Of a stretch of DNA of 64,000 nucleotides, positions 13,881 to 27,307 are shown in pieces. Position 1 is the first letter of the stretch. Each line of letters starts with the position of its first letter. The translations under genes and the position numbers were made by a program. The stretch is taken from contig NC_068985.1 of NCBI RefSeq assembly GCF_001194135.2, positions 80,850,778-80,914,777 of the forward strand, in the 5' to 3' direction. This stretch comes from Octopus bimaculoides (lineage: Eukaryota). The notes beneath the pieces were generated by a model. That model searched no databases, was not told the DNA's origin, and saw only the letters and a program-made list of their open reading frames with translations.

Positions 13881-14693
13881 CACACACACACACACACATC
13901 TGTGTGTGCGTGTGTGTGTGTGTATGGAAATGAATTGAGGCATCAAGTATATTTGTGTGTGTGTGTGTGTGTGTGAAGGACTTCTTTCAGTTTCTACTTA
14001 TCAAATCCATTTGCAAGGTTTTGTTTGGCCTGGGGGCTATAGTGAAAGATGCCACACAATGGGGCTAAACTGAGCTGAGAAGTGAACTTCTTAAACATGC
14101 ACCCATGCTTGCATTTTATAGGAAACCAGGTATTGAAATGTTATCTTTGAAATATTTGTTAAGATAATATTTCAATATCTTTGTTATTGTTATTATTGAT
14201 ACTTAATGTTCAATGTGCATTATTCAAACTTGATTTTCTATGTGCTCTTAGTTTTGATGCAGAGAATCATAGCTTTCAACTGATCAAAGTGCTGAGAAGA
14301 AAATTTGGAAGATAGAACTGTGTAAAAACTCATTGAAAAAAAATCAAATTGTGTTATAGAGCAATGGATTTTAACCCTTTAGAATTTCAACCAGCCATAT
14401 TCAGCCAAAATATTCTACCTGTTTTATGTTCAAACTAGGCATATCTGCTTCTCACAACTACCCTAAAATGTCATTCTAAAAATAAACAATCACATTATCA
14501 GAATCTCGGATGCTGAAAATCAGACATGATTAATTCAAAATGATCATGTAAATAAATTAGGATTACATTTGACAGAGTAATCTGCTGCTCAGTTGAAAAG
14601 ACATCACATTGTTTGGTTGTAGGGGATGGATGTACTTTTGCACTAGGCACCTGTGTTTATATGGCTGTGTGAGGAGAAGAGGACTATCTAGAC

Positions 14694-15023
14694 CAGTGGT
14701 TCTCAACCAGGGTCCATATAAAATGCTTGGGGGTCCACACTGCAAAATAGTAAATTGGAGATCCATAATAGTATTTTAAGGGCCCTTGAAATTGTTTTCC
14801 TTTAGATGTATGTATTGGTATGTGTTGCATGAAAAAGCTAGGTTTCTTTCTCTAATGTTTTACATAGTTCAACCTACACAAGCTAATGTGTGAAAAACAA
14901 AGTAGGAATTTTGAAAGAAGTGTCTATAAAACTAACTTTTAAACATCAAATGGCTATGGGAGTCCACAAGAATAAAATAGTAACCAAAGGGGTCCATAGA
15001 TAAAAACTGATTGAGAACCCCTG
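14694..15023. mobile_element. hAT (Charlie-like) MITE, 330 bp
   Basis: TIRs CAGTGGTTCTCAA / TTGAGAACCCCTG and a perfect 8-bp TSD ATCTAGAC at 14686-14693 and 15024-15031. Confidence 0.92.
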
Positions 15024-15641
15024 ATCTAGACTGTCTAGGAAGATTGTATCAATTAATTTTATATGTTTGATAAATCAGGAGAGAAACATAATTCTTTGCT
15101 GCCTATCCTTGGGGACCAACATAAAACTGTGTGGATTTAACTAGTCAGTTGATATGAAGTGCCAGAAATTTTTGGTTGTTATGCAATGGGAAAATGCGAG
15201 GTGAGTTGCCTCACTTAAACAATAATAAAAAGAATACAATGAGTGCAAAGGCAGTAATGGTAGTATCAAGGTTTCATTTAGTGGTGAGAAGAGAAAGAGA
15301 AGTCCAGACTGTTTGAGTAATGTGTTAGTTAGGGATTCAAGCAGAAATCAAAAAAGAAATATCCATGGTAAAAAGAAACAAAAAAAGAACAGTCAAAGAA
15401 CCCAACAATGTTATTGAAGTAAAATCAGTAGGGGATTGATTGCATTCAGTTGGTGGAAAAGGAGTGAAAGTTAACTCACTAATTCATGGATAATGCACAG
15501 AAATTCTGAGTACTCAACTGTACTATTTTTTGTAAATATACAATGAGCCAACCATTTTTTCTGACACATTTTGCAGAAAGAACTTTTAGTCAGTGCAGAA
15601 GTCTCTATATCATTGCTCAAATGTACTGGTGATTGCAACCG

Positions 15642-15673
<32 letters not shown>

Positions 15674-16659
15674 CCCTCAAATTTTATCCTACAGTCTTAA
15701 AAAGGGAAGGAAGGACAAATTTGACAATATAGTCCTAGATATAAAATTTGACCCCCTCCCCCAAAAATGGGATGGTCACAGTTGGAATGCTTTCAATCAT
15801 AGTTTTGCTTGATCAGAGAGGACTTGAGGCTAAGTAAAAACAAATAGAAGGAACAGAGAAAAGGAATGTTTTATTAAATGTGTAACAAATAGGCTGGTTT
15901 TGCATTAAAATAATAGATGGGATTAAGAAATTATTTTCAATTAAGATGATGTCTGACTATGATTTGAAAGATTGAAATAGTGTATGGAAGAATACACATT
16001 GACAACAGAGAGCATGGGTAAAAAAAAGACTCCAAAGAAAATGCTTAGTTAGATCTGAAGCTGTCTGAATAACAGAATTATTAATTGTTCAAAATGAAGA
16101 GTGATATGATGATTAATCTCTCAAACTTTTATTTTGCTGTCACAATAGACATAAAAATTTACATGCCTTCAGACATAAAAAGTAGGACATTCAAATTTTC
16201 TTCCCACTTACAATCGTTTGTTCCATGAGATATGGTACCTGTATTTATGGCTTCTATATAATCTGTATAATGTACATAGTATAAAATTCCATAATAGAGG
16301 CTATCGCTCTGAAATGAAATTGAGTAAACAGCTGAATTTTTTGCCAATTATGCCAATCCTGTGATTTACTATAATTGTGTTGTACCAACTGTTTTAATGG
16401 ACTATTAAAATTTCAAATATTTGAGATTTGTACTAAAATTCTGTTAATTTCTTTTTAAGCTTTTTACATTTTAATAATGAATTCACAAATTAGAAGCACA
16501 GATAATTAAAATAGGATTTTAAGATTTTTTTAAAAACCAAACATTCTAATATTAGGTTTTCATCATTGCATGCTGGGTAGGTTGAAAGATGAAAATGTGT
16601 TTCATAAAAATTTTGTTGTAAATTAAAGAGACTAATCATCATAATTTTTCATTTTGTAG

Positions 16660-16893
16660 GTTTATCCTATCATACAGTTCAAAATGTTGAAGATTGTAGA
16701 AAAATTATGGAAAAAGGCTGGCATAACCGCACTACAGGGGCCACACTGATGAATAAAGATTCTTCGCGTAGTCATTCTATATTTACTATTCAACTCGAAA
16801 TGATTACCAAGAAAGATTCTGATGAAGAGCACATAAGAGCTGGGAAGCTGAATCTTGTTGACCTTGCAGGTAGTGAGCGACAAGTTAAAACAG
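16660..16893 (+). CDS. KIF17: Kinesin-2 (KIF17/OSM-3-like) internal coding exon, motor domain switch I to switch II (234 nt, phase 1-1)
   Basis: Acceptor ttttcattttgtag ends at 16659. Translation (G)[43 protein letters not shown]...[19 protein letters not shown](G) contains switch I (NKDSSRSH) and switch II (DLAGSE). MNKDSSRSH and [11 protein letters not shown] resemble KIF17/OSM-3. Donor is ACAG|GCAAGT. Confidence 0.93.
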
Positions 16894-17269
16894 GCAAGTA
16901 ACTGGAAATTTTAGCATGTGATAACCCTGACATCTGTCTCTTAAACAATAGCTGTAACACTTCAAACCCCTTTATTCCCCAATATCATTGACAAAAATAG
17001 ACTGTCTTTATGATTTAGAATATTTAAAAAATTTTCTAAATTAATTTTTACAATTTATTGGTTTATGAAGCTGATATTTGAAATACAACTTAACAAATGA
17101 CTCAAATATAACTCATAATGGTATCCATGACTTTGATCAAGATATTAGTTTAAGTAAAGTGGAAATACTTAAAACATATATTACACTGTGTAACAATTTT
17201 TGTCCTTGGGTGGCAACTGTTATTTCTTATTTGCTTGTCCCTAGAAAGCATGAAATATGGCTAATATTT

Positions 17270-17615
17270 CTTTCAAACTTTGCTTTTGTTGTATTTATTC
17301 AAACCCCAAAGAATCCCTCTCAACACATGGTGCTCCCCCACTACTCCTGCTCATGATCAGAGATGCATGTATTGTCACCCCCAAGGGACATGTTCAAGTG
17401 GTTAAGATCAAGCAACTGACAAGCAAATCTGTGGTATTGAGCAGAATATTTGCTATGATATTTCTGCTTCAGCAACTCAGCAACCCTGTTTGAAATGTAA
17501 TGGAAAATAGGTCAATGTCAAAACATTGATGTCCTAGTCTAGTCACAAAGGCAAAGTTTGAAGGGAATGGTAGTCATTTTCTTTGATTTCTAGATAAATG
17601 CAAATAGGAAATAAA
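17270..17615 (+). repeat. Unclassified interspersed repeat
   Basis: 17400-17615 is the reverse complement of 62830-63030 (e.g. tctgtggtattgagcagaatatttgctat). Confidence 0.7.
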
Positions 17616-18429
17616 AACTTACTGACCAAAGAAAAAAAAAACGGTATTTTTACACAGTATTATTAATTACTTAAAATTACAATCGATATTGAGTGTTTCA
17701 GTTTGTTTTGAACTGAAAGAGTTTAAAGCAAGTCATGCTGAAGAAGTGTACTATTAATAGTTATAAAAGAAAGTATCTATGTAGTTTTTATTTGAGGAAC
17801 AGTAGTTAGTTATGTTCAATGTGACGTATGGCCTCGTGGTAGTTTAAATGTTTAGTTTGCTGGACTTGTGATCCAGTCTCAAATGTCTGAGATTGACTCT
17901 CAAGTTCAGCAGACTAGACATGCCAGTTCACTCTGTTCTGAAATGAACTCAACACTTCTTGAAAACATGTGTTGAATAGTTTGTAATATAGTTTGCTAGC
18001 CTGGACACATCTCAACCAGTTTATTCTTTACATGTATTTTCTATGACAAGAAGTTTCAGTAGTGAGTATAGGAGGATTGTGCAAACTTTGAAATGTGATT
18101 TACAAATAGATTTTTTAGGCAGCCATATCTTCCATCATCAGACATGTTGTATCTCTGAGTAGTTCTAGCTCTAAGTCTGAAGATACTATCTACTAACCTA
18201 TGTCGGGTTGCATGTTCTTAACCAGGGAAGGACTTTGCATTTACAACCATCTATCTACCTATAGATGGGTGATGAGGTGGTTGGCTGGTTTTCGGATGTT
18301 AGTGTTGCAGATTGTTGGGTCATGTGCACTACAGAACCTCAAAAACCTTGTTCCTTCCTTATTTTCAAATTATGAAGTGATGTTCATTGGTATTGGTACT
18401 ACAAAAATGATAACAACAACAGTAACAAT

Positions 18430-18622
18430 AATAATAATCCTTCCTACTATAGGCACAAGGCCTGAAATTTAGGGGAGGGGAGTAGTCAATTACATTGACC
18501 CCAGTGTGAAAAGATGAAAGGCAAAGTCAACCTTGGTGGAATTTGAACTCAGAATGTAGCGATGGGTCAAGTACCATTAAGCATATTACCTGGCACACTA
18601 ACAATTCTGCCAGCTCGCTGCC
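18430..18622 (-). mobile_element. SINE family C (Meta-domain-like core, (ATT)n tail)
   Basis: Core gttgactttgcctttcatc...gtcaatgtaattgact and tail ggccttgtgcctatagtaggaaggattattatt. Other copies at 24530-24715(-), 25573-25712(-), 35522-35735(+), 43790-43995(-), 44020-44200(-), 63560-63720(+) and 63810-63925(-). Confidence 0.7.
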
Positions 18623-18639
18623 TCTTAATAATAATGATG

Positions 18640-18707
<68 letters not shown>

Positions 18708-18708
<1 letters not shown>

Positions 18709-18939
18709 TGGGAACTGCCCATATCCTACGTAAAATACTGTCTATGTGATCTCAAATTTTAAAGCAAACATAATTTTCTTATGGTTCCTTAAACATTCAC
18801 TTGAACAAAACTGTACAAATCCAAATATATGGTACCCTAGGCATAACACCTACATGAACTTCTAACTTGTTGTCTCTTGAGGTCTCTGGGTGAGACTTGG
18901 ATCCAACTTGTACAAATGCAAAACAAAAGTCAAACATAA

Positions 18940-18940
<1 letters not shown>
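18708..18940 (+). mobile_element. 3' end of an RLE-type LINE (R4/Dong-like), short fragment
   Basis: Encodes MGTAHILRKILSM*, the typical terminal motif of RLE LINE ORFs, then a ~190-nt UTR. (TAA)n lies on both sides. Confidence 0.6.
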
Positions 18941-18970
<30 letters not shown>

Positions 18971-19516
18971 TAGAATGTCCCAAATTGGCTCAGAGAGAAT
19001 TTAAGAAAAGGAAGCATGACCGAGTTGTGAAAGTTATATACTGGAAGCTTTGCTAAAAATGAGGATTTGAAGCTAGAGGTACATGGTATGATCATCAGGT
19101 CAAAAGAACACTGGAGTCAGAGAAATAAAAAAATTCTATGGGATTTTCCTATTCAAATGGATAAGAAGCTAGAAAATAGAGAGGGAAAAGTGAAGTTCCT
19201 TACTAATTGATCCATCATGTCTGTTTGATTCCTGGATTGTGAAGAAAGGGTATGAAAAACAAAATAAAAGCCCTTAAAGTTTGAAATTGCAAGCATTCAG
19301 AATATGAAAACTGTGAGTAAAGATGTAGACAAATGGTTGAAGGAAATTGGAAGAGATTGTCCTGTAGAGCTTCTACAGTTTGTTTCTTAGAGACAGAAAA
19401 GATTATCAGTGTAGGTTTGAAGCACTATTGAAAGCTTGTGGATACTTAAGGTAACAAGTAGTAACCCACTACCCACATGAATGCTACCAGCAATAAGAAC
19501 AAGCCTGTGTCAAATC
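18971..19516 (+). mobile_element. R4/Dong-like RLE LINE 3' fragment
   Basis: Decayed translation CPKLAQREFKKRKHDRVVKVIYWKLC...WYDH...KILWDFPIQMD...LLIDPSCLFD matches the knuckle end and RLE nuclease region. (TAA)n on both sides. Confidence 0.75.
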
Positions 19517-19559
<43 letters not shown>

Positions 19560-20891
19560 TATAAAAGCACTTAGTACACCCGGTAAAGTCATTGGCATTA
19601 GGAAGGACATTCAACCATAGAAATCATATCAAAATGGATATTACAATGTAATACAGTCCTTTGATTCAGCAGATTCTGTTGAACTGTCCGACTCATAACA
19701 GCATGAAACTGGATACTAAATAAGGATGATGATAATGATGGTGTTGGTGATGCTGGTGATAGTGTGCTGCTACTGATGATTTATGTGTGTGTGTGTGTGT
19801 GTGTGTGCATGCATGTGACTTTTGTATAAACAATTTTACAGTAAAATGTTTAAGTTATCAAAATTTAGGATATTAACTTTTTTTTTTGTCTTTCATGTAT
19901 TAATATTCTTGCTTTTAAGTTGTTTTCGTTGTTTGAAATGATGCAAATAGATGCTGAATATTTGTCTTGAAGAAATTATTTATTGACTAGGACTTAAGAA
20001 ATAATTTTTGTGTTATAAACATTTTCAGAAATTGATGGCATGTCATCAATAAAATTTATATAAATATAAGAAAGATTCAAATAAAAAATATAAATATTAT
20101 TCATAAGACTGAAATTATTAACTTTATTTAAGTTTGACTCATCATAAGACTTAAAAGGCCTTCATTTGAATCTGCAATCTATGTTAGACAAATAGACAAC
20201 CGTACAATAACAGCAGTAATAGAAAATAGTTTTGTAGTTTTATGTTATTTCTGAAGGATACATTTGCATAAATTCATCAAGACATCTGGAAGGGTTCAAA
20301 TTGACACAATAGCAATTGTACAGATTTAGAAAATGGATAATCCTTGTTAATGGGTTTTGGATGATATTTTTTTTTACCCTGACTTTTATAGTATGTTTTA
20401 AAAAAATTTTTAATTATTCGATTTTTGTGTTTTATTTCTAAATGTTTATTGTAATTTTGCTTGTTTTAAAATAGTATACACAAATATGTTGTTTATGACG
20501 TTGGTAAATTAATTTCTGAGAAACAAAAGTAAAAAAAAAAAAATCATTATGACTTGAAAATTTGACATATGAATAAAGAAAGAAGAAAGCTTTGAATATT
20601 TTTGTTGATGTTTTTTTTTTCATAGTGGCACTATGGAATTTTTGTTTTGAGATGACAAACTTTGGCTATACACTGTACAAATCCATACCCTTACTCTTNN
20701 NNNNNNNNNNNNNNNNNNNNNNNNNNNNNNNNNNNNNNNNNNNNNNNNNNNNNNNNNNNNNNNNNNNNNNNNNNNNNNNNNNNNNNNNNNNNNNNNNNNN
20801 NNNNNNNNNNNNNNNNNNNNNNNNNNNNNNNNNNNNNNNNNNNNNNNNNNNNNNNNNNNNNNNNNNNNNNNNNNNNNNNNNNNNNNNNNNN

Positions 20892-20922
<31 letters not shown>

Positions 20923-22439
20923 CACAGACACACAGATGCACACACACATATATATCTTTTAGTGTCTTTTCTTTGTTTTAGGTTAAAACATAGCTAATCA
21001 AACTCAATTAACTTGGAATTCCTCTCCTTGATGTTTTCCTCATACTGTTAATTTAATAGTAAACTAACAGTGTGGATGACACATAAAAGAAAGGAATGTT
21101 GTATGGAAACAAAGGCAGTTTTTAAATTCCAAGATATCGAAGATACCCCACTCTGCTGTTTATTCAAAATGCTCCATTATGTATTTTGTTCCATTTCGTT
21201 ATTATATTATGATTATGAAATTTTCTAAGTTGTTGCTTGGATTGCATCCTTCAGGACAAAGTACACTTGTCTTGAGGGCTGCCACCTCTGACCAATTGAT
21301 AGAATGTAGAATTGCTGATTAAAGAATTCAGTTTGTATCATCTTTGGTGTATTGATAATTACAGTATATACGTATAAGCTTAATATGAAGGTAAAGTTAA
21401 TGACTTCTTTATTTTGTAATGATTAGGATATTTGCTTGATAAACAAGAAATTTGAGACAAATTCACATCAATGGTAATACACTTTTTTATGAGAATGTCT
21501 CGATATCAGTTTAAATACATGTAGAACAATATTCAAAAGACAGTTGGGTGTTGAATTAAATTCCTTAAAACATTTATGACATTTTGAACACAAATATTGA
21601 GAAAGCCTTTGTTTTTCATTAATGCAGGTTGATATAAAAGAAATAGCTGTAATATATATTAGGATGAGTTCAAGCTACCAAAAGCCGCTCCCCATACACA
21701 CATACACACATGCATATATATGTATATGAATATATATATATATATTTATAGTTGCCCAATAAAGTCCGTAATGGCTTTTTCAGTTGAGTATCTTTTGATG
21801 TCTGCACTTTTTAAAGTGTAGTAACACCAGTGGACATGGCCATACAGATAACTAAATAACTTATGGTATACTTATACCTATGTATAATGCATAAATGAGG
21901 AAACTATGGAAACAACAGTATTTCAGCCTTGCAAACAAAGAATTGGCTGAAGGGGAATACCAGTATGGAGAGGGGTAAGGTGAGAGATGTAAGAGTGGCT
22001 CAGGAAGGACAATAGGTCAGAAAGTAGTAGCATGATGTGCAAGGTGTAAGAGCACTGTAGAAAGAGAGATATACAGGGAAACATAAGTGGGCATGATGGT
22101 AGATATGGCAGGTTATTAAGAAAGCAGGTAAGAGATGTGTTAAGAATGGAGAATAGAAAGCAAGAGAGAGCAATGGCTGAAGGAAAGCAGGGAGGTAATT
22201 TGTAGAAATAGTGTGGGCAGGGATGATAATGAAGAATGGAAGTGGTTTTGTGGGGACAAGTAAGCAGAGTGTGTAATATATGTGGATTCTACTCTATTCT
22301 ACAGTATTTGTGTAGTACCATAGATGAGGGAGTGATAGGTGTTAGTGGATGAGCATGAGGGGAGTGTGCCAAATAGGAAGAAGGCAGGGGCAGGGCCCTG
22401 CATGTACGAGCAAACCCAGGTGGTTTTAAGATAACATTT

Positions 22440-23115
22440 TCTGCTGTAATAGATAGATCTTCTCAAGCACACTAAAATACCAGTCATCTCACTCCTTTGT
22501 CATCTCCTCCTGTAAAGCTCAACATTTTGAGATGCCTTCCTGGGTCTTCTTCCACAAGTTATATCCACTTTGAGTGATTAGCACTTCATTATGCAGTTGT
22601 CGTCATCCATACTCATCACATGACCAAACCAGCACACTCTTCTCTCTTGCAGACTACATCTGATTCCTCTTATGCTTAACTTTTCTCTCCATACACTAAC
22701 ACTTTGTTGTACATTTACTTTGATATTGCATATTCAATGAAGCATACTAGCTTCATTTAGCTCTAGTCTTTACATGTCCTCTGCCTCCAAAGTCCACATC
22801 TCAGTACTATGTAGTATTATTTTATGTGTACAAGCATCATAGAATCTGCCTTTCACTCAGAAAGTGAGACCTATTGTTGCTAACAGAAGTAATAGCACTC
22901 TGAACATTCTCCACCCTATTCTTATTCTAGCAACTACACTTCAGAACATCCTCCTCTACTGCTAATTAGGTCTCCTAGATAACAGAAACTTTCTACTAAC
23001 TGTAGGGAGACTTCAGAGCATTTGAAAGAATCAATTTCCCATGTACCCTTGGTCTTTACAGCACTTGTGCACCTCTACATACAAACACTACTTTCTCCAT
23101 TAACCTTACTCTGAT
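22440..23115 (-). mobile_element. RTE-clade LINE 3' coding remnant
   Basis: Minus-strand peptides YLGDLISSRGGCSE, IRIGW, VKGRFYDAC and RGIRCSLQERRVCWFGHVMSM are typical of the RTE post-RT region. Confidence 0.7.
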
Positions 23116-23570
23116 TCTGCTGCATCTCTCTATCTCTCTCTCTCTATCTCTCCCCCCCCCTCTCTCTCTACATTGTTAACATTATAAGAATTTTATAAAC
23201 TTTCAAGAAAACACGAAATAATTCTTTTTGAAACATTGGCTTTTGAGGCACATCACATAAATTTATAAATTACGGCATGAAAATATTGGGTTGAAAAATC
23301 CTTTTGGATAGAAAAAGTCAACTTTCTCCCATCTGTAAATACTTCCTCCCTACACATACAGAGTTATAACTACTTATCAAGATCATTCTTAATTTCTTAC
23401 AAAGTAATGAAAATTGTAGAAGTTGTCACTGTTTGTTTTACAATAAAGGCTAACTTTATTCACTACTAGAACAATTCAAAAGTTAATCTTGACCCAAACA
23501 TTTTTACTATACTAACTTTCACTATTAAAGTTAAAAGCTGACAAAATGTTGATAAAATAAAAACGAAACA

Positions 23571-23619
<49 letters not shown>

Positions 23620-24713
23620 GGAGAAAGAGAGAAAGAAGAGTCACATAGGCAGATCAATAAATTTAGAGAAAGAATTACTATGAAATGTCTCCATCTATAA
23701 ATTAGTATTAATTTATTTCATTTATTTTAATGTGTATGACGCCAGGAAATTCACCAATTGAAATATTCTTTCCCTCCCTTTTCTCACTCCTGATTGGTAA
23801 ACATAAGAATTTGCCATTCTTGTCTGTTCTCCTCTTTTATCAACACTTTATTCTTCATTAAAGAACACCTAATTATATGATTTTTGATTTCTGGTTCTTG
23901 CCTTGTTATTACTAGCATGAAATTCTTTTCCTCTACTTCACCTCCCCTCTCAACCCCACCCCTCTCTCTTTGTTTTTATGAAATAACCTCACTAAAAGAC
24001 TACTTTCAACTTTTAGTTGCTGCTTATCTTAATTTTCTCAACTGAAGATCTAAGAAAGTCACCAGTGTTAATTATATAAAGTCATAGTCTTTCTTGGATT
24101 AGTTACTAAGGTTATTCTATGAAATTAACTTCTACTAGTTTTTGTTTTATATTCTTGGTGGAGCATTGAAGTTAGTGGACTAGTGGCCTACAGATTATGT
24201 GTTCAAATTCTACTGCATTTAAATAAGAATTTAGGAGAAATACATTCTTGTTATTTGTCTTCTTGAAATATTAAAAAGTACTATGTTTGTGAGTTGCTTG
24301 CCCCAGCATTAACACAGTAGAGTAGTTTCTCTAGAGAAAATAATCGCTTATTTCACTTTCTATGTTGTAATTTGGTACCTTCAGTGTATCTGTAAAAATT
24401 AGAAAAAATAAAAAATAAAGATACCACTTTCTTGTTTGGCAAAGATGAATAGTTAATTGGCAAAACACACCCCTGTTTTGTGAAGCCTGCTAAAAGCAGC
24501 TAACAAAAGTTTATAATAATAATAATAATAATTCTTTCTACTATAGGGACAAGGCCAGAAATTTTGGGCAGAGGGTGCGAGTCAGTTACATCGACCCCAA
24601 TATTTTACTGATACTTAATTTATTGACTCTGAAAGTCAACCTTGGTGGTATTTGAACATTGCGACAAATGAAATACAGCTAAGCATTTTGACTGGCATGC
24701 TAATGATTCTGCC

Positions 24714-24751
<38 letters not shown>

Positions 24752-24862
24752 CTGGGAAAGTATTAAGATTGCTGAAATGAACATAGCATGGTACCATAGG
24801 CTGCAGGTAGCATGCTTGCTATGCAAGTAAGACTCCAGGAGTTTTAACAAAACCTGAGTTAC

Positions 24863-24906
<44 letters not shown>

Positions 24907-25118
24907 TTTTTTTCCAACATCTATTCTGTTATGTGTATATGAAATAATAATATGAAAAGGAACATGGAAGTCATGCCAAAAATAACTCTGTATCAATTCA
25001 ATAGAATACCTCATGATTCAATAAAATAGCTCAATTAGAACAATCCTCTCATACAAAGTACAGCAAGCATCTAATAATCTAAAACAGCATAACTCACACA
25101 ACATGTACTATACAAGAT

Positions 25119-25346
25119 TTAACCCTTTAGCATTCAGATTAATCTAACAAATGTAATGCTTATTGATTTACATTATTTTAAATTCATCATGCACTATCAC
25201 ATAATTTCGAGATTTCGATGATGTGACTGTTTATTTTTAACATGACATTGTAGGATAGGTGTGAGAGGCAAGATCTGGCTGATTCGAAGATAAAACAGGT
25301 AGAATATTTTGGCCGGATATGGCCGGTTTGAATGCTAAAGTGTTAA
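25119..25346. mobile_element. piggyBac-type MITE family A, opposite orientation to 28636
   Basis: TTAACCCTTTAGCATTC...GAATGCTAAAGTGTTAA. Internal gaatattttggccggatatggcc is the reverse complement of the 28636 interior. Confidence 0.85.
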
Positions 25347-26804
25347 GGTGAAATAGAATAACACAACTCACTTTATACACCCCATGCACTACAAAACATA
25401 GACTAATATAATAAAAAACAAGAAACTAAACGCCAACAAGAGGCGTCTACACTCCCTCAATTGTCACAAAAATAAGAACACAATGTCACACACACCTAAG
25501 GAACACAGAGGTGCACCAGGTGGTGCAGCAGAAACTCGCAACTACCAAAGAAAAGTTTGTCCATAATAACAATGGTTTCAAATTTTGGTGCTATGCCAGT
25601 AATTTTTATGGGGGAGGAGGTAAATTGATTACATTGACCCAGGGTTCAACTAGTACTTAATTTTATTGACCTCCCTCCCCCCACAAAGGATGAAAAGCAA
25701 AGTGAACCTTAGTAGTAAATAAACACATAAACTAACATGGGGCTACTGGCATTAAAAAAATGGAAGCCTAATGGCCAAAATTTGACCACAACATACAAAT
25801 CAGCAATCAACTGCTGATGCATGATGCTAATGGTCAATAAAGCTTGGCAAAAAATGTCTATATGAATTCAATCAGTATTGAAGAAATAATGTGAATGTTA
25901 AATATATTCAATTAAATATGGTCATAAAAACTCTTGTATCCCAGAGCAACTTCAAAAAGCTAATAAGAAAATATTAAAAACTTAAAATAAAGAAGATAAA
26001 ACTTGAACATTGTCATGGATTTAATGAGACATGCTTGGAGTAGTTTTCTACCTGGCTGGCTCCTGTCACCCATCCTACCCATGCATGCATGGAAGATGGA
26101 CATTAAACAATGATGATGATGATGATGAAATAGATAGATAGATAGACATTAGCACACAGTAGGAAGGACATTCTTCTGTAATCACTTCTTCAGAGTTCAC
26201 TCCAGGACAGTGGTTGCTCAAGTGTCTGATTACCCTGTGTTCACTGTCCTTGGTAGCTAAGTCCTACCACTTTTACAGGACAATTTTCTTCTTCACTGTG
26301 AGCTCTCTTTTACCCCTCATATTAGTTTGCCACCATCTCTGAGTAATGTAGTTATCAAGTCCTAGCAATCTTTAATGGACTACTCCAATAATATCTTGAT
26401 GCTTTGACTACATTTCCACTTTTTTCACAGTTTCCTAGGGTTTCCACTTTTTTTATGGACTTGTTGGCATGACTGACTCTCTCATTCTCAGATAACAACA
26501 GTCTACTGACTCTTCTTCTTTTATTGACTTTCAATTCTACTACTCCAAATGAAATTGGTAAGTGGAGCTTAGAAGTCTTGCTACACAGGTTGACTGAGCT
26601 GAAAGTTGGGTGACTGCCCAGCTATCTCACATGAATTTACTGCACAATTTCTCTATTACCTCCATCTAAATTATGGCAAAGTTTTAAGCAAGAATAAGTA
26701 CTGCAATTTGGGTATGATACCAAACTGGAAACACCACAACTTAAACTTTCCAAGTGGTTGACTTTTGTCAGCTTCCCTGAGCCAAGTGTTTTTTCATGTT
26801 TTTT

Positions 26805-27200
26805 TGGCTTGACAGATGAAGCTAAATCAGGAGAATAGGGGAAGGGATTAATCAGTTCAAGGCTACAGTCATGCACAGCAGCCATTGAAACTAAGGACTT
26901 GTGTGCCAGGGCATTGTCCAGATGAAACAAAGCCTCTTTTGCCAAGTTTCCTGGGCGTTTAGTCTTGAAAGACTTTTGTAACTGCCTTGGCAAGTTGGCA
27001 TAGTACTCTCCATTGATGGAGTGGCCCTTTTGAAGATAGTCAATAAATATCCCTTTTGTATCCCAAATATAGCAAGCAGGTCAGATTGAATATCCTTGGG
27101 GACTAAACCCTTTTTCTGCAGGCACTTGATGCCAAATTTTGTTGATTTCAAGAGAATTCGCTACTAGTTAGTTTTGAAGTCTTCTTTAAACAGTCAGATG
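26805..27200 (-). mobile_element. mariner (DD34D-type) transposase remnant with large internal deletion
   Basis: N-terminal GIKCLQKKGLVPKDIQSDL lies close to LFHLDNALAHKSLVSMAAVHDC...PYSPDLASS, with 34-residue spacing. Confidence 0.75.
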
Positions 27201-27307
27201 TTAGTGTACCTTGAAAGAAAAACAATGCAGTTGTAACTTTTCAGCCCATCCTTGTTCAGACAGCAGAATTTATATTTTACTATTTTATATAATATGTGTA
27301 ATATCTG

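Noticed and set aside
21960-22420. Purine-rich block possibly from a Penelope RT (minus strand)
   Set aside because: Only a vague MQGP..F.FG resemblance, too decayed to call.
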